From assembly GCA_049324475.1 (NCBI GenBank), contig JBMOOO010000011.1, positions 163,557 through 227,556 on the forward strand: a stretch of DNA of 64,000 bases, written 5' to 3'. The translations under genes were made by a program, and so were the position numbers. Of this stretch, positions 18,822 to 28,331 are shown piece after piece. Source of the stretch: Pseudomonadota bacterium (lineage in GTDB: Bacteria > Pseudomonadota > Gammaproteobacteria > Pseudomonadales > JADFDG01). The notes under the pieces were generated by a model. That model saw only the letters and a list, made by a program, of their open reading frames with translations. It had not been told where the DNA came from and did not search any database. Position 1 is the first letter of the stretch; each line of letters opens with the position of its first letter.

Positions 18822-20879
18822 TCAGCGGGGGAACTGCGGTGACTGCCAGACCGGCAGACCCGCGCGTGGCTGTACGCTGAAACGGAAGCGGAAATTCGGT
18901 GACGCCGGCGGATTGTTCCAGCGCAGCTCGTAGTTGGCCATGCCCGGGCCGGCATCGGCCAGCCAGCGGATCTGCAGATCATTGTGCCACTGGTCGTTGA
19001 GCGGGCGCCCGTTGCTGGCCAGCGGTACCCAGGTATCCGGCTCGCGCAGTGCCTCGATGCCGAGCAGCGGTTCGTGCAGGTCGAGACTGCCGGGTGCGAC
19101 ATCGCGATACACCACCGACCAGTACGGTTCCTGCGTGCCTGCGCCGGGGAAGAAAGACGGGCCGGAGACCAGTTCGCGTTTGCCCTGCGGCGTGACCGGT
19201 TGTGGCCAGTAGCTGCGCGTGGCAAGCCGGAACTGCCAGCGTGCGGGCAGATCGGCAACGGTCGTGTTGTGCGCCATGTCAGCGGCCAGCCGCGCGCCTT
19301 GCCGGGCCAGGAATTCCGTGGTGCCCGGGCCGTACAGGGTGTGGCCGCCTTCATAGAACTGCCGGCTGTATTCTTCCGGCGTGGTGGCATAGCCGAAGTA
19401 GCCATTGGCATGGCTGGCAACCACCACGCGTGCCGGGCTGCCGGAATCCTTGAAGGCGGCGGTCACGCGTTCGTTGATGCGTTGCCCGGCTTCCAGCGTG
19501 ATTTCCCAGGGCAGGTTCACCAGCGCGATTTCGTTGATGCGCAGTATCTGGATCGCGGCCAGATGCGGGAAGCGATCGGCCGGCATCACCAGCGGCTGCA
19601 CCTGCGAAAGCAGCCATTGTTTTTCGGCCTGGCAACCGTCGGCGAACCAGCGTCTCGGCCAGTCTTCCTTGAAATAGGGCAGGTAGCCCACCGGGAACAT
19701 CTCGTCGCCGTTGGCAGCGCCGACCGTGGCAGCGCCCATGATGGCGCGATCGCACAGCGGGAAGCGCACCTCGGATGGCGCCTTCAGCAGATCGATTTCC
19801 CGCATGCCGCCCTGGATGACGGCCTCGCTGCCCATTTGCCCGTCCAGGGCGTTGAACACCCGTGAAGCGATGCCGGCCAGTTCATTGCCGATGCGCCGTG
19901 TTTCGTCACTGCCACGCCAGCCGTCGCGCCAGCGCGGGTTGTTGTCACCGTGCGTTCCTTCGAAAACGGCGTGCGCCACCGGCCACGGCGGATCGAAGCG
20001 CGCACGGATGGCCCATTCGATTTCCTGCTCGAATGCCGCCCAGACATCGGCGTGCCAGCTGCCGCTGTCGGAGGGAATGCCGGTGCCGTGGATGGAGAAG
20101 GATGTGATGGCACCGGCCGGCAGCCAGCGGCCGTCGTCGGTGCGCAGATCAATGCGGATCAGTGTCAGTACCGGATTGACCGCTTCCAGCGAGCGGTCTT
20201 CGTCGGTGTGCTTGTCCAGCACGTTGTAGTTTGACGTCCAGGCCGGCAGTGAACGGTTGCGGGTCAGGCCCCAGACGCTGGTCTGGCCGATGCCGATGCG
20301 TGCCGTGCGCCGGTGCGTGCAGGCTTCGGTAACGGCATCGGCCATGCGGCCGGACAGGAACTCGAACAGCTGTGGATCGAAGCCGGGGCGGTTGGCGCCG
20401 AACGTGTTGTAGAAATCGCTTTCCAGGTACTGTCCGGGCCCGCTGTGGGTGTGCGTGGCCAGCACGGCCAGATTCTGTGCCGGCAGATCGGTGAGTGCGG
20501 CCACCCGTTCTGCGATACGGTGATGCAGGAGCAGCGAGCTGGCGCCGAGATCGGCCTGCAGGATGGCAACCGGTGCGCCCTGTGCCGGTTTCAGGCAGAA
20601 GGCGCGCGCGCGCAGCCGGGTACGGAAGCCGTCGGCGTCGCGTGCCATTGCCGAGTAGCCGAATTTCGGCAGCCCGATCGGTGGTGTGATGTCGCGTACG
20701 GCGACACCGGCCTCGAGACCGGGACGGTCCACGGCGGGCCGGGGTTCGACGCGGGTGATCTCCAGTTCGGTTTCCGGCAGCAGCCAGAACGGCCAGGTGG
20801 CGATGCCGCCGGCGACCAGGAACAGCACGGGCACGGCAATCAGCAGGATGAGCAGCCAGCGGCGCAGACGTCGGAACAT
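18822..20879 (-). CDS. Neutral/alkaline ceramidase-like hydrolase with an N-terminal membrane anchor
   Basis: Start ATG 20879 (MFRRLRRWLLILLIAVPVLFLVAG); the ORF extension to 21116 overlaps ybbP. Ceramidase N-domain pattern: AGVAVRDITPPIGLPKFGYS...RLRARAFCL...LATHTHSGPGQY. Confidence 0.7.
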   Translation of the reverse strand: MFRRLRRWLLILLIAVPVLFLVAGGIATWPFWLLPETELEITRVEPRPAVDRPGLEAGVAVRDITPPIGLPKFGYSAMARDADGFRTRLRARAFCLKPAQGAPVAILQADLGASSLLLHHRIAERVAALTDLPAQNLAVLATHTHSGPGQYLESDFYNTFGANRPGFDPQLFEFLSGRMADAVTEACTHRRTARIGIGQTSVWGLTRNRSLPAWTSNYNVLDKHTDEDRSLEAVNPVLTLIRIDLRTDDGRWLPAGAITSFSIHGTGIPSDSGSWHADVWAAFEQEIEWAIRARFDPPWPVAHAVFEGTHGDNNPRWRDGWRGSDETRRIGNELAGIASRVFNALDGQMGSEAVIQGGMREIDLLKAPSEVRFPLCDRAIMGAATVGAANGDEMFPVGYLPYFKEDWPRRWFADGCQAEKQWLLSQVQPLVMPADRFPHLAAIQILRINEIALVNLPWEITLEAGQRINERVTAAFKDSGSPARVVVASHANGYFGYATTPEEYSRQFYEGGHTLYGPGTTEFLARQGARLAADMAHNTTVADLPARWQFRLATRSYWPQPVTPQGKRELVSGPSFFPGAGTQEPYWSVVYRDVAPGSLDLHEPLLGIEALREPDTWVPLASNGRPLNDQWHNDLQIRWLADAGPGMANYELRWNNPPASPNFRFRFSVQPRAGLPVWQSPQFPR

Positions 20880-20985
20880 GTGGAATCCGGATCCTTCCAG
20901 TGAAACGGCAGCCGCTATCGTACCTGCGCCGGCCGGGCGCCGCTGTTGTCGCCGCGTTAAGGATGCGTGCAGCCCCTTCGCACGA

Positions 20986-23511
20986 TCAGGTGCCGCGCAG
21001 TACCGGGCCGGCGCCGGAAGCCAGGCTGCGGCGTGCCGCCAGTGTGCCCAGCACCGCCAGCAGCAGGGCGCCGGCCAGGGGCAGGGCCAGCAGGGCCGGC
21101 AGGGGTGTCCAGGCAATTTCCATCACCTGCGTGTACAGCAGCCAGCGGGCGGTTTCCGCACCCAGCGCCGCCACCAGTCCGCTGCCGGCGCCCAGCAGCG
21201 CGAATTCGGCGGCCAGTGTCTGCCGCAGCAGGCGTCCGCGTGCACCCAGCACCCGCAGCAGGGCGGCTTCCGTCAAGCGTTCATCAAGCGTGGCGACCAC
21301 CGAGGCCGCCAGCAGCAGCGAGGCGGCACCGAGCAGCAGCACGGCGATGAATTCGATGCCGGCCGCCAGCCCGGACAGGAATTCCCCCAGACGTGCCAGC
21401 AGCGGTCCGACCTCCAGCACTGACAGTGCGGGGAATTCGGCACGCAGTTGCCGGACCAGCATGCGCGGCTGTTCGCTGCGGAAACTGGACAACCAGGTGT
21501 AGGGCGCATCGCGCAGTGTGCCCGGCGACAGCACCATGAAGAAGTTCGGCCGGAAACTGTCCCACTCGACGCGCCGGAATCCGGTCACGGTGGCGGTGAT
21601 CTCCTCGCCGGCGACCAGGAAGGTCAGGCGTTCGCCGATACGCAGGTCCATGTCGCGCGCCAGCTTTTCTTCCACCGACACCAGATTCGGCGCAGCGTCG
21701 GCAGCAAAGCCCCGGCCTTCGGTGACCGTGCCGGCATCGGTGGCTGCGCTGGTCAGGATCAGGTCGCGGTCCAGTGAGCGGCCGGTGTCGGATGCCGGAT
21801 CGACGCGCCCGGCCAGCGGGGTGTCACCGATGCGTATCAGACGCCCGGGCGTTACCGGATACAGCGTCGGCAGGGCAACGCCGTGTCGGGTGAGTGACGC
21901 CAGGAAGCTGTCGCGCTCGTGCGGCAGCAGGTTCATGGCGAACAGGTTCGGCGCATCGGCCGGCAGCTGTTTCTGCCAGCTGGCGAACAGGTCGTTGCGC
22001 AGCAGCGTGGCCAGGGCCAGGGTGGTGAAGATCAGCGCGAAGGCCACCAGCTGGGCGCCGGAACGCAACGGTACATGCGCAAGACGGTCGGCTGCCAGCC
22101 GCACCGGAAGTGCCAGCCGGCCGCGCCGGCGTGCCAGGGCACGCAGCGCTGCCGCGGCCAGCGGTATGCCGACCGCGATCAGGACCGCCACGCCGGCCAG
22201 CAGTGCCAGTGCCAGCGCCGGATCGCCGGACAGGATCACCAGCAACAGGGCCAGCAGACCCAGGCCCAGTGCGTAATGGCGGACGATGCGGGCCGACGGT
22301 GGCTCCAGATCGCGCCGCAGCACGCGCAGCGGTGATACGTCGGTCAGGCGTGCCAGCGGCGGCAGCAGGAAGGCCGGCAGGGCGATGAAGGCGCAGGCGA
22401 AGCCCGCGGCCGCTGCGCGCCAGCCTGCAGGCGGCAGCGCGACCGGCAGCAGATCGCCGAGCAGTCCGGTCAGCAGATGCTGGGCAACGTAGCCGAGCAG
22501 GGAGCCGATGCTGCCGGTGACCAGCGCGATGCTGATGACCTCGATCGCCAGCACCCGCCGCACGGCGCGCTGCGGCAGGCCGAGTGTGCGCAGCAGCGCC
22601 ACGGTATCGAACAGCCGGCGTGCCTGGCGGTCTGCCACCAGCGCGAGTGTGGCGCCGCACAGCAGAACGCCCAGCACGGAAGCCAGCGCCAGGAACTGCA
22701 TGGCGCGGCTCAGTGCGCTGGCTGTGCGCTGGTTGCCGCCCTGTACGTCCCGGAGCTCTTCGTCGGGCGCCAGCCGCACCGCCAGCGCGGCGCGCAGGGC
22801 TGCGATGGCGCTGTCGCTGCCGGCAAACATGACGCGATGGCGCACGCGGCTGCCCGGCTGTATCACGCCGGCAGCATCGAGGTCGTCGCGATGCATCAGC
22901 ACGCGGGGCGACAGTGCGGAGAAGTTGCCGGCGCGGTCCGGTTCCGTGATCACCAGTGCGGTTACCCGCAGCGGCTGTTCGCCGACCAGCACAACGGCGC
23001 CGGTCGTGATCGCCAGTTCTTCTGCGACCTGCGGCTCGATCCAGATTTCACCGGCGGCCGGGCCTGCGGCCACGCGCACGCTAGCGCCGTCGCGGATCTG
23101 CAGTTGCCCGCGCAGCGGGTAGCCGCTGTCGACGGCACGCACCGACACCAGCAGTACGTCGGGTGCGTCGCCGGATGCCGTTGCCGGAGGGAGTGCCGGT
23201 CCGCTGGCTGCCGGGGGCAGGGCGAGCATGGTGCTGAAATCAACGGCGTTGACGCTGACGGCACCGTACTGCCGCGCCAGTGCCGCAACATCCGCCGATG
23301 CCGGCCGGCTGCCGGCCAGCACAAGATCGGCGCCGAGCAGTTCTGCTGCCTTGCGCACCAGTCCGCGTTCCAGGCGGTCGCCGATGGCGGCAATCAGTGT
23401 GGTGATCGCCACGGCCAGCACACCGGCGGCCACGATCAGCCAGAGATCGCCGGCGCGCCATTGCCGGCTTGCCAGCCGGAACGCCAGCGTCAGTTCGTTC
23501 AGCGCGATCAC
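20986..23511 (-). CDS. ybbP: ABC transporter permease, FtsX-type double module (YbbP-like)
   Basis: 841 aa with two 4-TM FtsX-like modules separated by large periplasmic loops. Its start overlaps the ybbA stop (23508-23511). The tesA/ybbA/ybbP synteny matches E. coli. Confidence 0.8.
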   Translation of the reverse strand: MIALNELTLAFRLASRQWRAGDLWLIVAAGVLAVAITTLIAAIGDRLERGLVRKAAELLGADLVLAGSRPASADVAALARQYGAVSVNAVDFSTMLALPPAASGPALPPATASGDAPDVLLVSVRAVDSGYPLRGQLQIRDGASVRVAAGPAAGEIWIEPQVAEELAITTGAVVLVGEQPLRVTALVITEPDRAGNFSALSPRVLMHRDDLDAAGVIQPGSRVRHRVMFAGSDSAIAALRAALAVRLAPDEELRDVQGGNQRTASALSRAMQFLALASVLGVLLCGATLALVADRQARRLFDTVALLRTLGLPQRAVRRVLAIEVISIALVTGSIGSLLGYVAQHLLTGLLGDLLPVALPPAGWRAAAAGFACAFIALPAFLLPPLARLTDVSPLRVLRRDLEPPSARIVRHYALGLGLLALLLVILSGDPALALALLAGVAVLIAVGIPLAAAALRALARRRGRLALPVRLAADRLAHVPLRSGAQLVAFALIFTTLALATLLRNDLFASWQKQLPADAPNLFAMNLLPHERDSFLASLTRHGVALPTLYPVTPGRLIRIGDTPLAGRVDPASDTGRSLDRDLILTSAATDAGTVTEGRGFAADAAPNLVSVEEKLARDMDLRIGERLTFLVAGEEITATVTGFRRVEWDSFRPNFFMVLSPGTLRDAPYTWLSSFRSEQPRMLVRQLRAEFPALSVLEVGPLLARLGEFLSGLAAGIEFIAVLLLGAASLLLAASVVATLDERLTEAALLRVLGARGRLLRQTLAAEFALLGAGSGLVAALGAETARWLLYTQVMEIAWTPLPALLALPLAGALLLAVLGTLAARRSLASGAGPVLRGT

Positions 23512-24254
23512 GGCAGGCGTTCCGCGGGGCGGGAGTCATGTATCAGCCGCCCGGCTTCCAGATGCAGCTGCCGCGCGCAGCGCGCCGCCAGCGTCGTATC
23601 GTGCGTGACCAGGATCAGCGTGGTGCCGGCTTCACGGTTGCTGGCAAACAGCAGGTCGGCAATTTGCTGGCCGGTGCCGGTATCGAGGTTGCCGGTCGGT
23701 TCATCGGCGAACAGGATGGCCGGACGCACCGCGAAGGCGCGCGCGATCGCCACCCGTTGCTGTTCGCCGCCGGACAGCTGTCGCGGGTAATGGCCGGTGC
23801 GGTCGGCAAGACCGACCCGGTGCAGCCATTCGCGTGCCTGCGTCTCCGCATCGGCGTGACCGCCGATTTCCAGCGGCAGCATCACGTTCTCCAGCGCGGT
23901 CATGGCCGGCAGCAGCTGGAAGGACTGGAACACGAAGCCGACACGCCCGGCCCGCAGCGCGGCACGTGCATCCTCGTCGAGTCTGTCGATGCGTACGCCC
24001 GACAGCCAGGCCTCGCCGGCAGTGGGTGCATCCAGGCCTGCCAGCAGGGCCAGCAGGGTGGATTTGCCGGATCCGGAACGGCCGGTGACCGCGACCGATT
24101 CGCCGGCCGGGATGTGGAATGACACGTCGTCGAGAATTGCGAGGGCGCCGTCGCCGACGCGCTTGCCAAGCCCGATGGCCGACACTACGGTCGATGAAGC
24201 TGTCGACAGGGAGCCCGTGGTCGACCGGTCGTACCGTGCGGAGTCTGTGGTCAT
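23508..24254 (-). CDS. ybbA: ABC transporter ATP-binding protein (YbbA-like)
   Basis: Walker A GRSGSGKSTLL, signature LSGGEQQRVAIARA, Walker B ILFADEPTGNLD. The true start may be an internal GTG/TTG, because the ATG at 24254 interlocks with the tesA ATG. Confidence 0.85.
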   Translation of the reverse strand: MTTDSARYDRSTTGSLSTASSTVVSAIGLGKRVGDGALAILDDVSFHIPAGESVAVTGRSGSGKSTLLALLAGLDAPTAGEAWLSGVRIDRLDEDARAALRAGRVGFVFQSFQLLPAMTALENVMLPLEIGGHADAETQAREWLHRVGLADRTGHYPRQLSGGEQQRVAIARAFAVRPAILFADEPTGNLDTGTGQQIADLLFASNREAGTTLILVTHDTTLAARCARQLHLEAGRLIHDSRPAERLP

Positions 24255-24885
24255 GAGCCGTTTTCCTGTGCGCCTGTTGTTGCTGCTCGGCCTGCTGCTG
24301 GGCGCGGCAGGCTGGAGTTCCGCAGTATCCGGTGGTGTGGTGCTGGTCGTAGGCGACAGTATCAGTGCCGGTTACGGGGTACCACCGGCGAAAATCTGGG
24401 TGAATTCCCTGGCGGCAAAAGTGACCGCCGGCGGATATCCGTACACGGTGGTGAATGCATCGATCAGCGGCGATACCACAGCCGGCGGCGTTTCCCGCCT
24501 GCCGGCGTTGCTGCGTCAGCACAAGCCGGCGGTGGTCGTGCTCGAGCTGGGCGGCAACGACGGTCTGCGGGCGCTGCCGATGAAGGCGACGCGGAACAAC
24601 CTTTCCCAGATGGTGCGTCTGGCCCGCAAGAGCGGTGCCCGGGTGCTGCTGCTGGGCATGGATATCCCGCCCAATCTCGGCCAGAAATACGTTCAGGAAT
24701 TCCGCAGTCTGTATCCGCAGGTGGCGAAGGCCGAGGGTGCCCGCCTGGTGCCGGGCTTCATCGCCGACGTGGCCGTGCTGCCCGGCATGATGCAGGCCGA
24801 CGGCCTGCATCCGAACTCGCTCGCGCAGCCGAAGCTGGCCGACAAGGTGTGGGGCGAGCTGGAGCCGTTGCTGAAAGGGCAGTAA
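24253..24885 (+). CDS. tesA: Periplasmic SGNH arylesterase / acyl-CoA thioesterase I / lysophospholipase L1
   Basis: Signal peptide MSRFPVRLLLLLGLLLGAAG. SGNH blocks GDSISAGYG, NASISGDT, ELGGNDGLR and DGLHPN. The sequence is collinear with E. coli TesA. Confidence 0.9.
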   Translation: MSRFPVRLLLLLGLLLGAAGWSSAVSGGVVLVVGDSISAGYGVPPAKIWVNSLAAKVTAGGYPYTVVNASISGDTTAGGVSRLPALLRQHKPAVVVLELGGNDGLRALPMKATRNNLSQMVRLARKSGARVLLLGMDIPPNLGQKYVQEFRSLYPQVAKAEGARLVPGFIADVAVLPGMMQADGLHPNSLAQPKLADKVWGELEPLLKGQ

Positions 24886-24895
24886 CGGCTTCCGC

Positions 24896-27403
24896 TCAGG
24901 ACCCGAGCGCGCGCCGGAAACGTTCCTGCAGCGGGGTGCGCACGTCGGCCGTCACCGGCCCGGTCGACAGCCAGGCGTCTTCCAGTGCGCGTTTCGGATC
25001 GGCATTCCGGGGTTCCTGCGCGCTGCGATGACGCAACGCATCGTTCAGCCTGCCGATTTTTGCCTGCATGCGTGCCTGGGCAAGCTCCGGCGGTGACGGT
25101 ACATCGAGCAGGATTTCCAGTTCCAGGGTCAGCCGCGCCAGCGTATCGCCGTTGGTAGCAAGGGTGCGTGCATCCGGGCGGATACCGGTTGCCATGTGCT
25201 GCGCACGCTGGCGCAGGGACGTGACCAGAGGTGACTTGCCGGGCAGCGCTTCGATGCGGCCGGACACGGAGCCGTCCGCGGCCGTGCCGTCCAGCCAGGC
25301 GGACTCGGCCGTTGCCAGTGCCAGTGCGGCATCGATTTCCTCCTGCCGTGCTGCCCGCAGGGCCTGTGCCTGTGCTGCCCGGCGGGCGTCGTCATCGGCA
25401 CGCTTGCGTGCCGCTTCCGCGGCTTCCGCCTCACGGGCGGCGCGCTCCGCATCACGGGCAGCCCGTTCGGCATCGCGTGCCTGCTCGCGGCGGGCGAACA
25501 CCGCGTCGAGATGGCCGCGCAACTGTTGCCAGAGGGCACGATCGTCGCGCGGGTCGGTCCAGCCGATTTTCTTCCAGTCTTCCTGCAGGGCGCGTGCGGC
25601 GTTCAGGGCGGCCGGCAACGGTTCGTGGCTGATCAGGGCCTGTGCGCGTGCGACCAGGGCGCGTTTGGCGTCGGCATTGCGTCGCCGTTCGCCGTCCAGC
25701 AGTTTGCGCAGTTCGCCCAGCAGGGCATGGAAACGATCCTGGCCGGCCCGGGCTTCGGGCCAGCGCACCGGCTCCAGTGTTTTCCACTGTGCCCGCAGAT
25801 CACGCTCGCGATGTTCCAGCTTGCGCCAGCCGGCGGTGTCGGCCGGCGGTGCGGAGGTCAGTGTGGCCAGCTCGGCCGCCAGCGAATCGCACAGGGCGGC
25901 ACGCGCGGCCAGATTGTCGTCCTGTTTGCGGTGCTGGGCGTCGTACCAGGCTGCGCAGGGCGCGAAGGCCAGTTTTGCCGCGCGGTCGAAACGTGCACGC
26001 AATTCCGGATCGGCGTCCGGGTCGGCGGCACAGAGGGCATTCCAGCGTTCGCGCAGATCGCGCACTTCGGCTGCCCGGCCGGCAACCGCGTTGCTGTCGG
26101 TGAATGCATCCACGGCAGCCAGTGCCTCAATGCGCTCGCAAAGCTCGGTCTTGCGCGGTACCGAGGCGAATTCGTACCAGTCGTGAAGTTTTGCCAGGGC
26201 TTCCGTGAGCGGTGCCAGAGCGGCTTGTTCCTGTGCGGCTTCCCGTGCCGGCAGTTCCGCAATCCGCTTCTGCAGCCAGTGGTGCGTGCGTACGGCCACC
26301 CGCAACTGGCCTTCGTCGATCATGTGCCGCAGTGCACCGCGGCGCTTGCGCAGCTGCGCAAGCTGGTCGCGGACATCGGCCTGCAGTGCACGCCGTCTTT
26401 TCGCCAGTTGCTGCAGGGCTTCATCGATATCGGTCAGTGCCGGCGGTACCGCGCAGTGCTCGGGCCAATCGATACGTGCGCGCAGTTCTTCCAGGGTGTG
26501 CTGCCAGTCGTCGATGCGGTCGAGCCCGGCATCGGCATGCTCGCCCGCGTCGGCAAATACCGCGGCCGTTTCGGCACCGGCCCGGGCCAGCTCGGCCACA
26601 GCCGCCAGCCAGCGGTCGAGATGGCGTGCCGCCGCACGGAAACGGGCGGCCAGCGGCGCGTCGACGGCGGTGTGGACAGCAGCTTCGTCCCAGCGGGTCT
26701 GCTGGATGCTGCGCAGTGCGGCCACGGCGCTGACCGACGTGGACAGGTCCTCGCGTGCCAGTTGTCCGACGGTGGCTTCCAGTTCGCCGCAGGCGGCAAT
26801 CAGTTCCTGTTTTGCGGTGATGGCGTGTGCGCGGCCGGCCAGTTCCGCCGCATGGCGGTTGATGGTGTCCCGGCACAGCGCGGCCTGCTCGGCAAAGCGT
26901 TCCTGCTGGTCCGCGGCGGCCGCAGACGAGATTTCACGCCAGTGGCTTTCCAGCGAATCGAGTTTGGCTTCGTACAGGGGTTCGATGCCGCTGCGGCCGG
27001 CATGGTGGGCAATGGCGTCCAGCAGGTGCCGGATACGCTGCTGCAGTTCCTGCGCCGCGTTTTCCTGCTCGCGCAGGGCCTTGAGCGTGTCACGCACATG
27101 GCGTTGCACGGCCTTGTCGTTGCTTTCCCGGCGCAGCCGTTCCAGGGCGGTGACATCCTGCAGTTTCTCCGCTGCGGCCAGGCGGACCCGCGCCGCCTTG
27201 TCGTGCAGGGCGGCCTCCAGCAGGGCAGCGGTGTCCGTGCTGCGAACGATCTCCGCATGACGGCTTTCGATGTCGGCCTGTTGCTGTGCCCGCCGTGCTT
27301 CGGTTTCCGGATCGGAAGCCGGTGCCGGTTTTTCCGGGGCAACCGGCTGCCCGGTGTCTTCGTTGCCGTTGCGGCGGAACAGGCGGGAGATGCGGTCGAT
27401 CAT
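24896..27403 (-). CDS. DUF349 repeat protein
   Basis: Start ATG 27403 (MIDRISRLFRRNG). 835 aa of helical repeats of the type W..L..RF..A....F.RR (for example EDWKKIGWTDPRDDRALWQQLRGHLDAVFARR). The start overlaps the upstream stop (ATGA at 27400-27403). Confidence 0.7.
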   Translation of the reverse strand: MIDRISRLFRRNGNEDTGQPVAPEKPAPASDPETEARRAQQQADIESRHAEIVRSTDTAALLEAALHDKAARVRLAAAEKLQDVTALERLRRESNDKAVQRHVRDTLKALREQENAAQELQQRIRHLLDAIAHHAGRSGIEPLYEAKLDSLESHWREISSAAAADQQERFAEQAALCRDTINRHAAELAGRAHAITAKQELIAACGELEATVGQLAREDLSTSVSAVAALRSIQQTRWDEAAVHTAVDAPLAARFRAAARHLDRWLAAVAELARAGAETAAVFADAGEHADAGLDRIDDWQHTLEELRARIDWPEHCAVPPALTDIDEALQQLAKRRRALQADVRDQLAQLRKRRGALRHMIDEGQLRVAVRTHHWLQKRIAELPAREAAQEQAALAPLTEALAKLHDWYEFASVPRKTELCERIEALAAVDAFTDSNAVAGRAAEVRDLRERWNALCAADPDADPELRARFDRAAKLAFAPCAAWYDAQHRKQDDNLAARAALCDSLAAELATLTSAPPADTAGWRKLEHRERDLRAQWKTLEPVRWPEARAGQDRFHALLGELRKLLDGERRRNADAKRALVARAQALISHEPLPAALNAARALQEDWKKIGWTDPRDDRALWQQLRGHLDAVFARREQARDAERAARDAERAAREAEAAEAARKRADDDARRAAQAQALRAARQEEIDAALALATAESAWLDGTAADGSVSGRIEALPGKSPLVTSLRQRAQHMATGIRPDARTLATNGDTLARLTLELEILLDVPSPPELAQARMQAKIGRLNDALRHRSAQEPRNADPKRALEDAWLSTGPVTADVRTPLQERFRRALGS

Positions 27404-28320
27404 GGCGATGCCCCGGCATGCGCCGGCGCGTGCGCGGCGAGGCGGGCGATCAGGGCATTCTTCTCCGTCCACAGATCGGCCAGCCAGCGCTGGAAGCGCT
27501 CGCGGTAGGCGGGATCGTTTTCGTAGTCGCCGCCGAGCAGGTCGCGCGGGATCGGCAATTCACGGATCATCACCCGCACTTTCTGCAGGCGGCCGGACAC
27601 CATGTCGATGAAGGTGGGGCGGCCCTGCGGATAGACGATGGTGACGTCAACGATCGATTGCAGGATGTCACCCATCGAGTTCAGCACGAAGGCGACGCCG
27701 CCGGCTTTCGGCTTGAGCAGATGCGGCCACGGCGATTGCTGGCTGTCGCGTTTGCTTTCGGTGAAACGGGTGCCTTCCACGAAATTCATCACCGACACCG
27801 GTACGTGCCGGAATTTCTCGCATGCGGCACGGGTTGTTTCCAGGTCCTTGCCCTTGAGTTCCGGATGCTTTTCCAGCACTTCCTTCGAATGCCGTTTCAT
27901 GAACGGGAAGTCCAGTGCCCACCAGGCCAGCCCCAGCACGGGCACCCAGATCAGCTCCTGTTTCAGGAAAAATTTCAGGAACGGAATGCGCTTGTTGAAG
28001 GTGCGCTGCAGTACCGGGATATCGACCCAGCTCTGATGGTTGCTCACCACCAGGTAATGGCCCTCGTAACGCAGGCCATCATCGCCTTCCACCTGCCAGT
28101 CGATGCGGGTCAGCAGCGAGAAAGTGAAGCCGTTGACCGCGATCCAGCTTTCCGCAATCAGTATCAGCGCGCGTGACAGCAGGGTGCGCACGGCGTGGAC
28201 CGGTATCAGGAATTTCAGCAGTGCCAGAGCGAACAACGGCAGGCAATGCGCCAGCGTGTTGGTAATGAGGATCGCGAAGGCGAGCGGAATGCGCACGAAG
28301 GCGGGCAGGAAGCTGAACAT
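27400..28320 (-). CDS. Lysophospholipid acyltransferase, YihG-like (PlsC superfamily)
   Basis: HX4D motif NHQSWVDIP. Long collinear matches to E. coli YihG as I recall it (KFFLKQELIWVPVLGLAWWALDFPFMKR, NFVEGTRFT, LLKPKAGG). Confidence 0.8.
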   Translation of the reverse strand: MFSFLPAFVRIPLAFAILITNTLAHCLPLFALALLKFLIPVHAVRTLLSRALILIAESWIAVNGFTFSLLTRIDWQVEGDDGLRYEGHYLVVSNHQSWVDIPVLQRTFNKRIPFLKFFLKQELIWVPVLGLAWWALDFPFMKRHSKEVLEKHPELKGKDLETTRAACEKFRHVPVSVMNFVEGTRFTESKRDSQQSPWPHLLKPKAGGVAFVLNSMGDILQSIVDVTIVYPQGRPTFIDMVSGRLQKVRVMIRELPIPRDLLGGDYENDPAYRERFQRWLADLWTEKNALIARLAAHAPAHAGASP

Positions 28321-28331
28321 GGATTCCTCGG

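Noticed and set aside
20880-21116. N-terminal extension of the ceramidase-like ORF to 764 aa
   Set aside because: The extension overlaps the 3' end of ybbP and lacks a signal or TM segment. The Met encoded at 20879 immediately precedes a typical membrane anchor.
25511-27508. 665-aa plus-strand ORF (and several 150-370-aa ORFs) covering the DUF349 gene region
   Set aside because: It is antisense to a gene with clear repeat architecture. Its translation is Arg/Gly/Ala/Cys-rich with no motif. This is the typical mirror ORF produced by GC-rich third codon positions.
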